Program-made: the position numbers and the translations under genes
In this document: positions 32,679 through 41,120 of the stretch, piece after piece
How the letters are laid out: every line of letters starts with the position of its first letter
Position numbering within the stretch: position 1 is the stretch's first letter
Notes under the pieces: model-generated
Database searches by the model: none
Told to the model about the DNA's origin: nothing
The model's input: only the letters and a program-made list of their open reading frames with translations
Assembly: GCA_048550275.1 (NCBI GenBank)
Contig: JBLYYU010000210.1
Coordinates: forward strand, 1-45,484
Direction: 5' to 3'
DNA length: 45,484 nt
DNA from: Polyangiales bacterium
GTDB taxonomy: Bacteria > Myxococcota_A > Polyangia > Polyangiales > Houyiibacteriaceae

Positions 32679-34031
32679 TCAAAGGGCGCCGCGCATGTCG
32701 AATGCTACGGACAGCGCGTTGCATTCCGCATTGTTGTCGCCACTCAGGTCTTCGTTGATGTCCAAGATAAAGGGAACTACAGCGGAGCCGCCTTCGATCA
32801 GTACGTCGGCAACCGTTGACACAGTTTGCCAATCGACGGTTCCGCCGAGCTCGAGCGCGAAGCCGCTCGCGAAATCGATCGTCCCCCGAAGGACCGCATT
32901 GGCCAACACGACCGGTGGCTCGATGACCTGGAGCGGAACGGTTCCGAGGGTGCCGCTGATACAGCCTTGGTCACTGAGATTCATCGGAATGACCGAAACC
33001 GCTGGCGTGCCCCCGAAGATCGGCCTTACGTTCACGCAGCCTTCTTCGAAGTTGGGTGCAAGCTCGAGCGCGATGTCGACCGAGCCGCTACAGAGCCCAT
33101 CATAGAACGCCTGGTTGATGCCCACGAGGTTGCCAGCCACGTTGGCGACCAAGTCTCCCGCCCCCCCAAGGCCGTTGTCGACTCCATCGATGCCTTCACC
33201 AGCCGCGAACCCACCGTTGACGCAGCTCGTCCCCAAGCAGCCATCGAGATCGAAGCCCGCATTGCAGTCGGTACGGTTCGGATCGAGGCCTGGGAAGTAC
33301 TCTGTTCCCGCAACGCTGAGGAAGAGCACGCCATGGGTCGACTCGAGCTCGGTCGTAGAACAACTGACCGGATTCAGTACGGTCTCCGTTCCCGTACAGG
33401 CGTCCACCAGGCTCGGGGCCGCTTCGAGAATACAGGAGGCGTTCGCCCGCACGGCGTTCACCGCTGCGTCGAAGCATCCTTCGGTCTCCGGCTCGCAAGC
33501 CATTCCGATCTCCAGCTCCGGCAGCGGTTGCCAAATCGACTTGTTGTGCACCAGCACGCCTGCTGCGAAGTAGTTGTGAACACCAGCGACCTCGATGTTG
33601 TAGACCGTCGTTCGCCTACGCGCCTCGGACGATGAAACAAGAGGCGTTTCGCTCAGAGACGCCGCTTCCAAACTGGCAAGCTCGACACCGGCAGACAGCT
33701 CCGATGCCGGCACGTATCGCCCCTCGCCGGGGACGTAAAAAGGGTGCTCATCGGTTACCCGGAGCGTGACGCCCCCGGCTAGTCGAAGGTCGCGAACGAG
33801 CGCATTGCGGTGGACGAAAGTTCGCGAGATGGTCGCAGCAACGCGCTCCCCCGCGCGTAGGTCGTAGCCCCAAACGAGGTCGCCCTCCCGCAGAGCTTCG
33901 ATCGGCGTCGCGCCTAGCGGCGTGTCGATCAGCGTTCCCGCCGCGAAACAGCTTTCCTCGGAGCAGGCTCCGCCTCCCAGCGCGCAAAGAGTGGAACAGA
34001 CCAAGAAGAGACAAGAATAGTGATAAGACAT
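32679..34031 (-). CDS. Secreted Hint (Hedgehog/intein-like) domain protein with Cys/Gly-rich C-terminal domain
   Basis: The start was trimmed from 34406 to the ATG at 34031 (MSYHYSCLFLVCSTLCALGGGAC, signal-like), giving 451 aa. A Hint domain follows immediately (see the separate feature). A C-terminal region of ~288 aa, with many Cys, Gly, Asp and Asn, has no recognisable catalytic motif. Confidence 0.8.
   Translation of the reverse strand: MSYHYSCLFLVCSTLCALGGGACSEESCFAAGTLIDTPLGATPIEALREGDLVWGYDLRAGERVAATISRTFVHRNALVRDLRLAGGVTLRVTDEHPFYVPGEGRYVPASELSAGVELASLEAASLSETPLVSSSEARRRTTVYNIEVAGVHNYFAAGVLVHNKSIWQPLPELEIGMACEPETEGCFDAAVNAVRANASCILEAAPSLVDACTGTETVLNPVSCSTTELESTHGVLFLSVAGTEYFPGLDPNRTDCNAGFDLDGCLGTSCVNGGFAAGEGIDGVDNGLGGAGDLVANVAGNLVGINQAFYDGLCSGSVDIALELAPNFEEGCVNVRPIFGGTPAVSVIPMNLSDQGCISGTLGTVPLQVIEPPVVLANAVLRGTIDFASGFALELGGTVDWQTVSTVADVLIEGGSAVVPFILDINEDLSGDNNAECNALSVAFDMRGAL
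33543..33950 (-). other. Hint / bacterial intein-like autoprocessing domain (136 aa, residues 28-163 of the 32679-34031 protein)
   Basis: Block A reads CFAAGTLIDTPLGATPIEALREGDLVWG, beginning at Cys28. Block B reads LRVTDEHPFYV (TxxH). The C-terminal blocks read TTVYNIEVAGVHNYFAAGVLVHN. The residue following the terminal HN is Lys, not Cys/Ser/Thr. Confidence 0.8.
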
Positions 34032-34185
34032 AGGCGGATTGAACGTCCTGGCGACTGTTCTTGTCAAGCGCGGCTGGTCCTGGTCTCTAGTCGCGAAGCA
34101 CGTCGGGACTAGGCCACCGCCGCAAACAAAGATCCAACCAAGGCCCGCGAATCGGCCGGAGGTGCCGTGGATGTAGCCCGCGCGG

Positions 34186-34836
34186 CTAAATCGAAATCTC
34201 TTCCCATGGCAATGCGGTCCACGCGTCTTGACGTAAGGCGAAGGCTTCGAGAGCATGAACCACAGTCTCTGCATCTGCTCCGCCCGGAATGTGGAAATGG
34301 GTCCCGCCGCCAGCGAGACGGTGTTCCAACACGAAATTGCCTTCGGGCTCTGCCAGAGTCTGCATGTAGGCCGAGTCGGGACGTTCGAGAATGCAGTAGG
34401 GATCATCCTTCTGCTTGCCTAGGGGTGTCACGAGTTCTCCAATCAACGGTTGCTGTGCGGGAAGCTGAACCCAAGCCCACGGGGATTGAAGCACTGCGTC
34501 ACTCTCGGTCACCACACGAGTCGGGTTGTACGTGAGGCTCACCTGTGGGTCGTAGACACCAAGGCCGTGCTCAAGCGCCACTCGTACAACATCGGGCGCA
34601 ACCTGGGCCACTCTTGACCAACTGATGTTCATTGAGAAGCCATCGACGGAGTAGGGTTCCAGTGTCCATGCAAACGGACTGTCGTGGCCGGCGTCCTGGC
34701 CGAGGCTCGGGTAAACCGATGTGAGAGCATTGCGGAACGACTCGGCGCGTCGGCCCCCGTGGAGGACATCCGGACTTCGCCCTTCTTCTTCAATCGAGCG
34801 ATCCGACCGAGGTTGACCGGAAAGCCAGATTCTCAC
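34186..34836 (-). CDS. Hypothetical protein (start uncertain)
   Basis: The C-terminal ~150 aa look protein-like (MNISWSRVAQVAPDVVRVALEHGLGVYDPQVSLTYNP...GNFVLEHRLAGGGTHFHIPGGADAETVVHALEAFALRQDAW). The first ~12 codons of the track ORF are encoded by repeat family 2 copy D1, so the true start is probably internal. The Met at 34632 or an upstream GTG/TTG are candidates. Confidence 0.45.
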   Translation of the reverse strand: MRIWLSGQPRSDRSIEEEGRSPDVLHGGRRAESFRNALTSVYPSLGQDAGHDSPFAWTLEPYSVDGFSMNISWSRVAQVAPDVVRVALEHGLGVYDPQVSLTYNPTRVVTESDAVLQSPWAWVQLPAQQPLIGELVTPLGKQKDDPYCILERPDSAYMQTLAEPEGNFVLEHRLAGGGTHFHIPGGADAETVVHALEAFALRQDAWTALPWEEISI

Positions 34837-34870
34837 GCATCCCGCGGCGGCTTCGACCGATAAGCGCGGC
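34800..34870 (+). repeat. Dispersed repeat, family 2, copy D1 (71 bp)
   Basis: GATCCGACCGAGGTTGACCGGAAAGCCAGATTCTCACGCATCCCGCGGCGGCTTCGACCGATAAGCGCGGC is collinear with 38586-38656. It shares its first ~23 nt with both units at 42352-42437. Confidence 0.7.
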
Positions 34871-35289
34871 TCGCGCGGTTCTCGAGCTGATCGCCATCGG
34901 GCATACGAGTCCGGGAGGGTAGGGCAACGCTGTACGGGTATCCGGGAATTGGGGAGGCAAGGCGAGGTTGTCCAGATATCCGGGAGTCTTGGTAGCGAGA
35001 TGACCTAGGCCCACGCCCCGGTCCGAGACGGAGCCGACGGAGGTAGACCACGAAGCCGGCAAGCTCCTCGGAGAGCGATAGTCCGAGAACAACAGTTCCA
35101 ACGATACAAACTCCGCATCGCGCTACTCTCGTCCTCGTGTTGCAAAGAGCTCACGCCTGTGGCGACCAGGTTCACATTCCAACCGATTCGACTTTGAATT
35201 CGCCGGCTTCGAAAGGCGCCAACGCTGGCACGCCTGATGCTACTATCGTTCAGGCAACTTGCTTTTACTTACCTTCATGGAGGTGTGCC

Positions 35290-35904
35290 TTGGACCGAAC
35301 AATCAGCTTTCTTTTCTCGTGCGCGCTACTCGCCACCGGTACGGGTTGCGGCGTAGACCTCAACAATCCATGCGACGGCGTCGACTGCGACGACCGCAAC
35401 ATCTGCACCCTCGATCGGTGCACGAGCAGTTTTGTCTCGGGAGAGACCACGTGCCACCACGACCCCACCAATGACGACAATGAGTGCGGCGGCGACGGGA
35501 TGACGCTCGTATGCAGAGGCGGGCGATGTGGTGGGGAGTCGCTTTGCGACGGAGTCGAGTGCAACGACGACGACCTTTGTACAGTCGACGCGTGTGAGTG
35601 GGACGGGATGTGCACGTTCACGCCGATCCGCTGCGACGACGAAAACGTATGCACCGCCGATAGCTGCGACTCGACGACGGGAGCGTGCATCCATGACGCG
35701 GTAGATGCCGTGCCCACCACATTCTGTCCTCTGACCGAGGCCCCTGACGACGATAGTTCGTATCCGGTCGGCGTGTGTGAGGAGGGGGCGTGTGCGCCTC
35801 CCTGCGATCCGGGAGCGGAACAACTCTCGATGTGTCCGTTCTTGGAAGACGGAGCCGGAGTCTGTTGTCCGGGCAGCGAATACTGTCAGGTCGAGTGCCT
35901 GTAG
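35290..35904 (+). CDS. Cys-rich repeat lipoprotein (myxobacterial C-x-D-x-N-x-C-T-x-D-x-C type repeats)
   Basis: The frame is open from 35137, but the only start with an RBS is the TTG at 35290 (GGAGGtgtgccTTG). That start gives (M)DRTISFLFSCALLATGTGCG, a lipoprotein signal. The repeats are PCDGVDCDDRNICTLDRC, LCDGVECNDDDLCTVDAC and RCDDENVCTADSCD. Confidence 0.65.
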   Translation: MDRTISFLFSCALLATGTGCGVDLNNPCDGVDCDDRNICTLDRCTSSFVSGETTCHHDPTNDDNECGGDGMTLVCRGGRCGGESLCDGVECNDDDLCTVDACEWDGMCTFTPIRCDDENVCTADSCDSTTGACIHDAVDAVPTTFCPLTEAPDDDSSYPVGVCEEGACAPPCDPGAEQLSMCPFLEDGAGVCCPGSEYCQVECL

Positions 35905-35986
35905 TTAGTTGCAGAAACCTTCGCAGGGGCGACTTCGGCGCAGCACAATCGCGCAGCCCTAGACTCCGCCGTCCGCCTCCCAGCAC

Positions 35987-36751
35987 TCAAAACTTGCCAT
36001 TGTCGTTCTTCCATTCGGACGGCGCGGGCACGGCTTCGACCGTGTCCCAGTGCTCGACGAGCTTGCCCCCTTCGACGCGGAACAGATCGTAGAACGACGA
36101 ATGCACGCCGGCGAGGAAGCCCTCACTGACCGTGAGCACAAATGACCCCTCGGCGAGAACCCGATGGACGCGCTCGTACTCGACGACCGGGCGCTCGCCC
36201 GACACGGCCTCCAGTTGCGCCTCGAGCGCGTCGATTCCGTCCTCTAGCTCGGGGTCGTGCTGCGTGAACCGAGCCCCGTCGATGTAGTGCGCCAACCGGT
36301 CAACGCGACGACCGATGAGCACATCCTCGATGAACTTCCTAACAAAGCTCCGATTCGCTTCGGTCCGACCGAGGTCGGCCGCTTCGACGGGTCCGTCGAC
36401 CATGCTGTGGCCAGACGGGTTCGGCCCTCGCCTCGCTTGGATGTTGTCCCAATGCTCGACAACCCGCTCCCCCTCGAAGCGAAAGACTTCGAAACCGATT
36501 CGCCGTGTAGCGAAGTCGTATTCCGTGTGAGCGAAAACGTAATCGCCGTCGGCAAAAACGCGCACGATGTTGACGCGAGGAGACGTCTTCGAGAGCCGTG
36601 CGAACAGCGCAGCCAACCCCTCGCTCCCCTCATGAGTTTGGGGGTTGTGCTGAATGTATTTCTCTTGGTTGACGACCGCCACCGCCGTAGGGTCACCCGT
36701 CTCAATCCCTTTGAGCAGGGCGCAGATCTGTTCTTTTCGTACTGAGCTCAC
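35987..36751 (-). CDS. Tandem NTF2-like / SnoaL-like domain protein
   Basis: The 254-aa ORF has two ~120-aa halves with the same pattern. The first half reads YIQHNPQTHEGSEGLAALF...FADGDYVFAHTEY...FRFEGERVVEHWDN. The second half reads FTQHDPELEDGIDALEAQL...LAEGSFVLTVSEG...FRVEGGKLVEHWDT. Confidence 0.8.
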   Translation of the reverse strand: MSSVRKEQICALLKGIETGDPTAVAVVNQEKYIQHNPQTHEGSEGLAALFARLSKTSPRVNIVRVFADGDYVFAHTEYDFATRRIGFEVFRFEGERVVEHWDNIQARRGPNPSGHSMVDGPVEAADLGRTEANRSFVRKFIEDVLIGRRVDRLAHYIDGARFTQHDPELEDGIDALEAQLEAVSGERPVVEYERVHRVLAEGSFVLTVSEGFLAGVHSSFYDLFRVEGGKLVEHWDTVEAVPAPSEWKNDNGKF

Positions 36752-36871
36752 GTGTCACTCCTCGTGTATTCTAGACCCGATCGGCGACAGCGCCCAAGTC
36801 GCCAAGCCGACCGCGTACCCCCTCCGCCCGCTCTCAGCGCGGGTGTATAAAGGACCCTCAGGAGGACAATC

Positions 36872-38557
36872 ATGACTGCTGCAATTCGCCGGGTCGCTTC
36901 TTGCTTCACTCTAGTCTTCGCGTTCGCCTGCGCCTCGTCGCCGCCAGCCGAGCCAAGCGCTACGACGCCAGCCGAGGCCGCGACTACCGCGCGGACCGCC
37001 CCCCTTCTCGAAGGCATGGGCGATCTACACTGGCAGATCTCATCGCAGTCCGAGCTCGCGCAGCGCTACTTCGACCAAGCGCTGACTCTCGCCTACGGTT
37101 TCAATCACTTGGAAGCCGAGCGTTCGTTTCGAGAGGCAGCGCGGCTCGATGAATCTTGTGCGATTTGCCTCTGGGGAGCCGCTCTGGTGCTCGGCCCCAA
37201 CATCAACGACCCGGTACCCACCCCCGAGCGCGAAACCAAGGCCTACCAAACACTAAGCGAGGCCGTCGCCCGCTCACCGCATGCAAGCGACAAGGAACGC
37301 GCCCTCATCGAAGCGCTCGAGACCCGCTACAGCGCGACTCCCCCAGCGAATCGCGCGTCACTCGACCAGGCCTACGCCGACGCCATGAGGTCGGTCGCAA
37401 ATCGCTTCCCGGACGACCTGCAAATCCAAACCCTCTTCGCCGAAGCCATGATGGACACCATGCCCTGGGCCTACTGGACGGAGGACGGCAAACCAAAGCC
37501 GCTCACCGAAGAGGTCTTCGCCACCCTCGACTACGTCGTCGAACGCGACCCCGATCACCCCGGCGCGAACCACTTCTACATCCACGCCGTCGAGCAAGAG
37601 CAGCCCGAGCGCGGAGTCACAGCAGCCGACAATCTGCGCCGCGTGGTCCCGGGCGCTGGGCACCTAGTGCACATGCCGTCGCACATCTACATCCGCGTCG
37701 GTCGATATCACGACGGTTCGACAGCGAATGAGCATGCGATCGAAGCCGACAACGACTACGTCACCCAGTGCCGCGCCCAGGGCATCTACCCTGTCGCGTA
37801 CGTGCCCCACAACCATCATTTTCTCTGGGCCACCACCACGATGGAGGGTAGAAGCGCCGACGCGCTCGACGCCGCACGTCACACCGCCCAACACGTCGAC
37901 CGCTCCCTGATGCGCGAGCCGCAGATGGGAATGCTCCAGCATTTCTCGGCCATTCCGTACTACGCCCTGGTGCGCTTCGGAAAGTGGCAAGAGATCCTCG
38001 ACGAACCCGCTCCGGACGAAGACCTGCTCTACCCGACGGCCGTCTGGCACTACGCGCGAGGTATCGCCTACGCGCGCGGTGATAGGCTCAAAGATGCAGG
38101 CCAAGAGCTTCGACAGGTCCAGGCGATTGCCGCTGATTCACGTCTCGAAGAGATTCGCATCTGGGGGCTCAACCCAACCTCCTCGCTTGCCGCGATCGCG
38201 GCCGCCGTGCTTCGCGCCGAAATCGCGGCCGCGCGAGGTGACATCAGGACCGCTGTCGCCCAACTCCGCAAAGCCGTCGCGATCGAAGACGGCCTGATCT
38301 ACGGCGAACCCCCCGACTGGTTTTACCCCGTTCGCCACAACCTCGGCGCCATCCTGCTCGAAGCCGGCCGCCACGCCGCAGCCGAAAAAGTCTACCGCGC
38401 AGACCTCGCCCGCTTCCCTGACAACGGCTGGTCCCTATTCGGCCTAGCCCAGAGTCTCCGCGCACAGGGTAAAAAAGAGAAAGCCGCCGACGTCCAACGC
38501 CGCTTCGAAATGGCCTGGAAGCACGCCGACGTCGAGATCACAGCCTCACGCTTCTAG
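36872..38557 (+). CDS. Lipoprotein with TPR-like helical repeats, unknown function
   Basis: 561-aa ORF with an AGGAGG RBS 6 nt upstream. The lipoprotein signal reads CFTLVFAFACASS. The protein is predominantly helical and Ala/Leu-rich, with TPR-like A-x-x-x-Y/F-x-x-A spacing (for example AEKVYRADLARFPDNGWSLFGLAQSLRAQGKKEKA). Confidence 0.6.
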   Translation: MTAAIRRVASCFTLVFAFACASSPPAEPSATTPAEAATTARTAPLLEGMGDLHWQISSQSELAQRYFDQALTLAYGFNHLEAERSFREAARLDESCAICLWGAALVLGPNINDPVPTPERETKAYQTLSEAVARSPHASDKERALIEALETRYSATPPANRASLDQAYADAMRSVANRFPDDLQIQTLFAEAMMDTMPWAYWTEDGKPKPLTEEVFATLDYVVERDPDHPGANHFYIHAVEQEQPERGVTAADNLRRVVPGAGHLVHMPSHIYIRVGRYHDGSTANEHAIEADNDYVTQCRAQGIYPVAYVPHNHHFLWATTTMEGRSADALDAARHTAQHVDRSLMREPQMGMLQHFSAIPYYALVRFGKWQEILDEPAPDEDLLYPTAVWHYARGIAYARGDRLKDAGQELRQVQAIAADSRLEEIRIWGLNPTSSLAAIAAAVLRAEIAAARGDIRTAVAQLRKAVAIEDGLIYGEPPDWFYPVRHNLGAILLEAGRHAAAEKVYRADLARFPDNGWSLFGLAQSLRAQGKKEKAADVQRRFEMAWKHADVEITASRF

Positions 38558-38585
38558 CCAAACGGAACTGCCGAACGCAAGGGGA

Positions 38586-38656
38586 GATCCGACCGAGGTT
38601 GACCAGAAATCCAAAACGTCACGAAACCCGTGCCGACTTCGACCGATAAGCGCGGC
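38586..38656 (+). repeat. Dispersed repeat, family 2, copy D2 (71 bp)
   Basis: GATCCGACCGAGGTTGACCAGAAATCCAAAACGTCACGAAACCCGTGCCGACTTCGACCGATAAGCGCGGC is intergenic. It lies 29 nt after the stop at 38557 and ~70 nt before the ATG at 38728. Confidence 0.7.
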
Positions 38657-38727
38657 CGTATCTTCCTTCGATCGCTTGACTCGTACTCACGTCCCTCCCG
38701 GCGGGATGCTACGCTCCCTCACTCGTC

Positions 38728-39675
38728 ATGAAGGCAGTGCATACACACCGCTACGGTTCGGTCGACGTCCTGGACGTCGTCGAGATGCCCAACCCAACGA
38801 TGGGCGCGCACGAGGTCCTCGTTCGCGTGCGCGCCTCATCGGTCAATCCAGTCGATTGGAAGGTCTGCCGCGGAGATCTGAAACCGATCTCCGGCTTCAC
38901 CCCACCAAAGATCCTGGGTGCCGACTTCGCAGGAGAGATCGAAGACGTCGGTCGAAAGGTTGAAGGCTACGCGATCGGTGACCAGGTCTTCGGCATGCTT
39001 CCGGCGTTCAAAGGGGGCGCCTACGCCGAGAAGGTCGCGGTCGGGCCCCGCCGGATTGCCCGCATGCCCAGCAACACGTCCTTCGAGGAAGCAGCGGTAC
39101 TGCCCTTGGTTTCGCTCACGGTCCATAAGCTGTATTTCGTCCGGACTCCGCGGACACCGGGTCAACACGTCCTCGTCAACGGTTGCACGGGTGGCCTCGG
39201 TCACGTTGCCGTGCAAATGGCAAAGGCCCTGGGTTACCGCGTCACAGGTGTCTGCAGCTCGCGAAACGTCGACGTCGCCAAACAGCTCGGAGCCGATCAG
39301 GTCATCGACTACGAGGTCCAGTCACCGCTCGCAAGCAAGCAGCGGTACGATCTGCTTTTCGACGCGGTCGCAAACCTCGACTTCGCGGAGGCCAAACACA
39401 TCCTGAGTGACGACGGCGTCTACGTGTCATCGATTCCGTCACCCACGAACATGCTCGCAGCCCCCGTCGCGAACCGTTTCCGCCGCAAACAACACCGGAC
39501 CCTTTGGGTGTCACCCGACGGCGATGCCTTGCGCCAAGTCGCCCAGATGGTGGAGGCAGGACAACTGCGACCCCTCGTCGAAAAGGTCTACGCCCTCGAC
39601 GACATCCGAGCAGCACACGCACACAGCATGACGGGTCGGGTAGTCGGCAAGCTAGCGCTTCGAATGGCGGGCTGA
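38728..39675 (+). CDS. Medium-chain dehydrogenase/reductase (quinone oxidoreductase / zinc-type alcohol dehydrogenase-like)
   Basis: 315-aa ORF. The typical MDR opening reads MKAVHTHRYGSVDVLDVVEMPNPTMGAHEVLVRVRASSVNPVDWK. The nucleotide-binding loop reads VLVNGCTGGLGHVAVQMAKALG. The C-terminal GKLAL-type ending is present. Confidence 0.85.
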   Translation: MKAVHTHRYGSVDVLDVVEMPNPTMGAHEVLVRVRASSVNPVDWKVCRGDLKPISGFTPPKILGADFAGEIEDVGRKVEGYAIGDQVFGMLPAFKGGAYAEKVAVGPRRIARMPSNTSFEEAAVLPLVSLTVHKLYFVRTPRTPGQHVLVNGCTGGLGHVAVQMAKALGYRVTGVCSSRNVDVAKQLGADQVIDYEVQSPLASKQRYDLLFDAVANLDFAEAKHILSDDGVYVSSIPSPTNMLAAPVANRFRRKQHRTLWVSPDGDALRQVAQMVEAGQLRPLVEKVYALDDIRAAHAHSMTGRVVGKLALRMAG

Positions 39676-39801
39676 CGAGGACTCAAGACACGATGCAGTT
39701 CAGCGTCCTAACCGGGCCCACTGGACCCGCATCCGCGGGGTGCCCGAAACGCTTGGTCCCGCGCCTTTCATGCGCTCGTTCGTCGAGCTTTGGATAGAAG
39801 C

Positions 39802-40452
39802 CTAGACGCGGATTCGGGCTGAGGACTCCCGCGGTTCCGAGGCTCGAATCAGCTCGAGGCGGGGGGCCGGCCTGGTTTCCCGGGCGAGCTTTCTCTTCAG
39901 GGCAAGCCCGGCCTCGGAGGCCATGAGCCTGGTCGAGCAAGCGACCATCTTGCGAAGGTCGGTCAGATCCTGGGTGCTGAACACCGTGTCGCCGAGGGCA
40001 AACGGAAACATCGACGGGACGTTGCCGCGCACGTACTCCATCAGCCAGCACTCCGGCCCGAGCGCGCTCCCGTTCGTCGCGCCACGGGTCAAGTGCGAGC
40101 AGTCACCGGCGACCAGCGTCTTTGGACTGAACTGATCGGGCGCGAACGTGCGAAGCTCGCCGTGGACGACGATATCCCAGAGCTCGGCCCGGTGACGCCC
40201 GCTGTGGCCCTCCGAGCCAACGGCCGTCCCGCAAAACAGCAGATACTCCCACGGCGTGACGTGCAGCACCTGCATCGAGCACATGATCCCGCCCGCGTTG
40301 CTCCAAATCCAGTCTTGTCCCGGGTGGATGTGCGGGCCGTATACGTCGTGCAGGGTTTCGGTGATTCGATCGAACCGCTGCTCGAGCGGGCTATCGAGAT
40401 GCATCTGAACGACTCGCTGAAGGTCGTCCGGCTCGAAGATGTATTCGGGCAT
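39802..40452 (-). CDS. ERG2 / sigma-1 receptor family protein (C-8 sterol isomerase-like)
   Basis: The start was trimmed to the ATG at 40452 ([12 protein letters not shown]), giving 216 aa. It is collinear with my recollection of the human sigma-1 receptor. Matches are [44 protein letters not shown] vs [44 protein letters not shown], and [27 protein letters not shown] vs [27 protein letters not shown]. No N-terminal TM helix is present. Confidence 0.85.
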   Translation of the reverse strand: [216 protein letters not shown]

Positions 40453-40589
40453 GGGTGTAAAGGGTACCACACTTAGCCCTAGCGCACGGCGTCGGGGTGT
40501 CGCCGCCAAAGGTCGGTTTTTCGAGGCGTCGCTGAGACTCTCTGAACGACGCCCGCGCTACCGCTGCACCTCAAACGCCCCAAAGTCGC

Positions 40590-41120
40590 TCAAAGGTCGT
40601 CGAACGACTTAGACACGGCGACTCCGGCCGCGATCCCAAAAACCAGGAGGCCGACTCCCACGATTACGCCCACGGCGATACCGGCTTTGGCGCCCGGCCT
40701 CCGCTCCCCGGTGCCTCGTTGTCTCCCGCTCTGCGTATGCGTCTGCGCACGCTGGATCTCGAAATTCTCAATGGCTCTTTGGCTCAGGGTGTCGATATCA
40801 GGCACCTCCGTTCCCGGCGCGGGGGAAGACAGAGATTCCTCTAGGTTTGATTCGGGACTCGTGACTTCCGCATCCGCTCGTGCGCTCTTGGGCTGCTCCG
40901 GATTGGACTCGGTCTGGTCAGCGGTGACGCCATTGTCGGCATCCGCATCGAGGTATAGATAGTAGCTCGCCCGCAACATCAATTGCGGCGGCAGACGATG
41001 TTGCGTATGAATCGCGAAGGCGAGCTTCGGCACGGCTTCCTCGCCGGTTTGCGCACCGACGCTTTGCACCAAAGTTACCAGCGGCGCGCTGAAGATTAGA
41101 AATCCAAGCAAGTTCCGCAT
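40590..41120 (-). CDS. Secreted/membrane-anchored protein, unknown function
   Basis: The start was trimmed to the ATG at 41120, with a GGAGG 6 nt upstream. The signal peptide reads MRNLLGFLIFSAPLVTLVQSVGAQ. A low-complexity acidic middle follows, then a C-terminal Gly/Val/Ala TM helix (AGIAVGVIVGVGLLVFGIAAGVAV). Confidence 0.55.
   Translation of the reverse strand: MRNLLGFLIFSAPLVTLVQSVGAQTGEEAVPKLAFAIHTQHRLPPQLMLRASYYLYLDADADNGVTADQTESNPEQPKSARADAEVTSPESNLEESLSSPAPGTEVPDIDTLSQRAIENFEIQRAQTHTQSGRQRGTGERRPGAKAGIAVGVIVGVGLLVFGIAAGVAVSKSFDDL

Noticed and set aside
34032-34406. N-terminal extensions of track ORFs. These are 125 extra codons on the Hint protein, 58 on the response regulator (16675-16848), 21 on the 5660 ORF, 34 on the UDG gene, 25 on the SRPBCC gene and 25 on the 30527-31897 ORF.
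   Set aside because: In each case an internal ATG is preceded by a GGAGG/AGGAG-type RBS or begins a clean signal peptide or domain boundary. The upstream extension is basic, low-complexity sequence and, for the Hint protein, would overlap the neighbouring gene.
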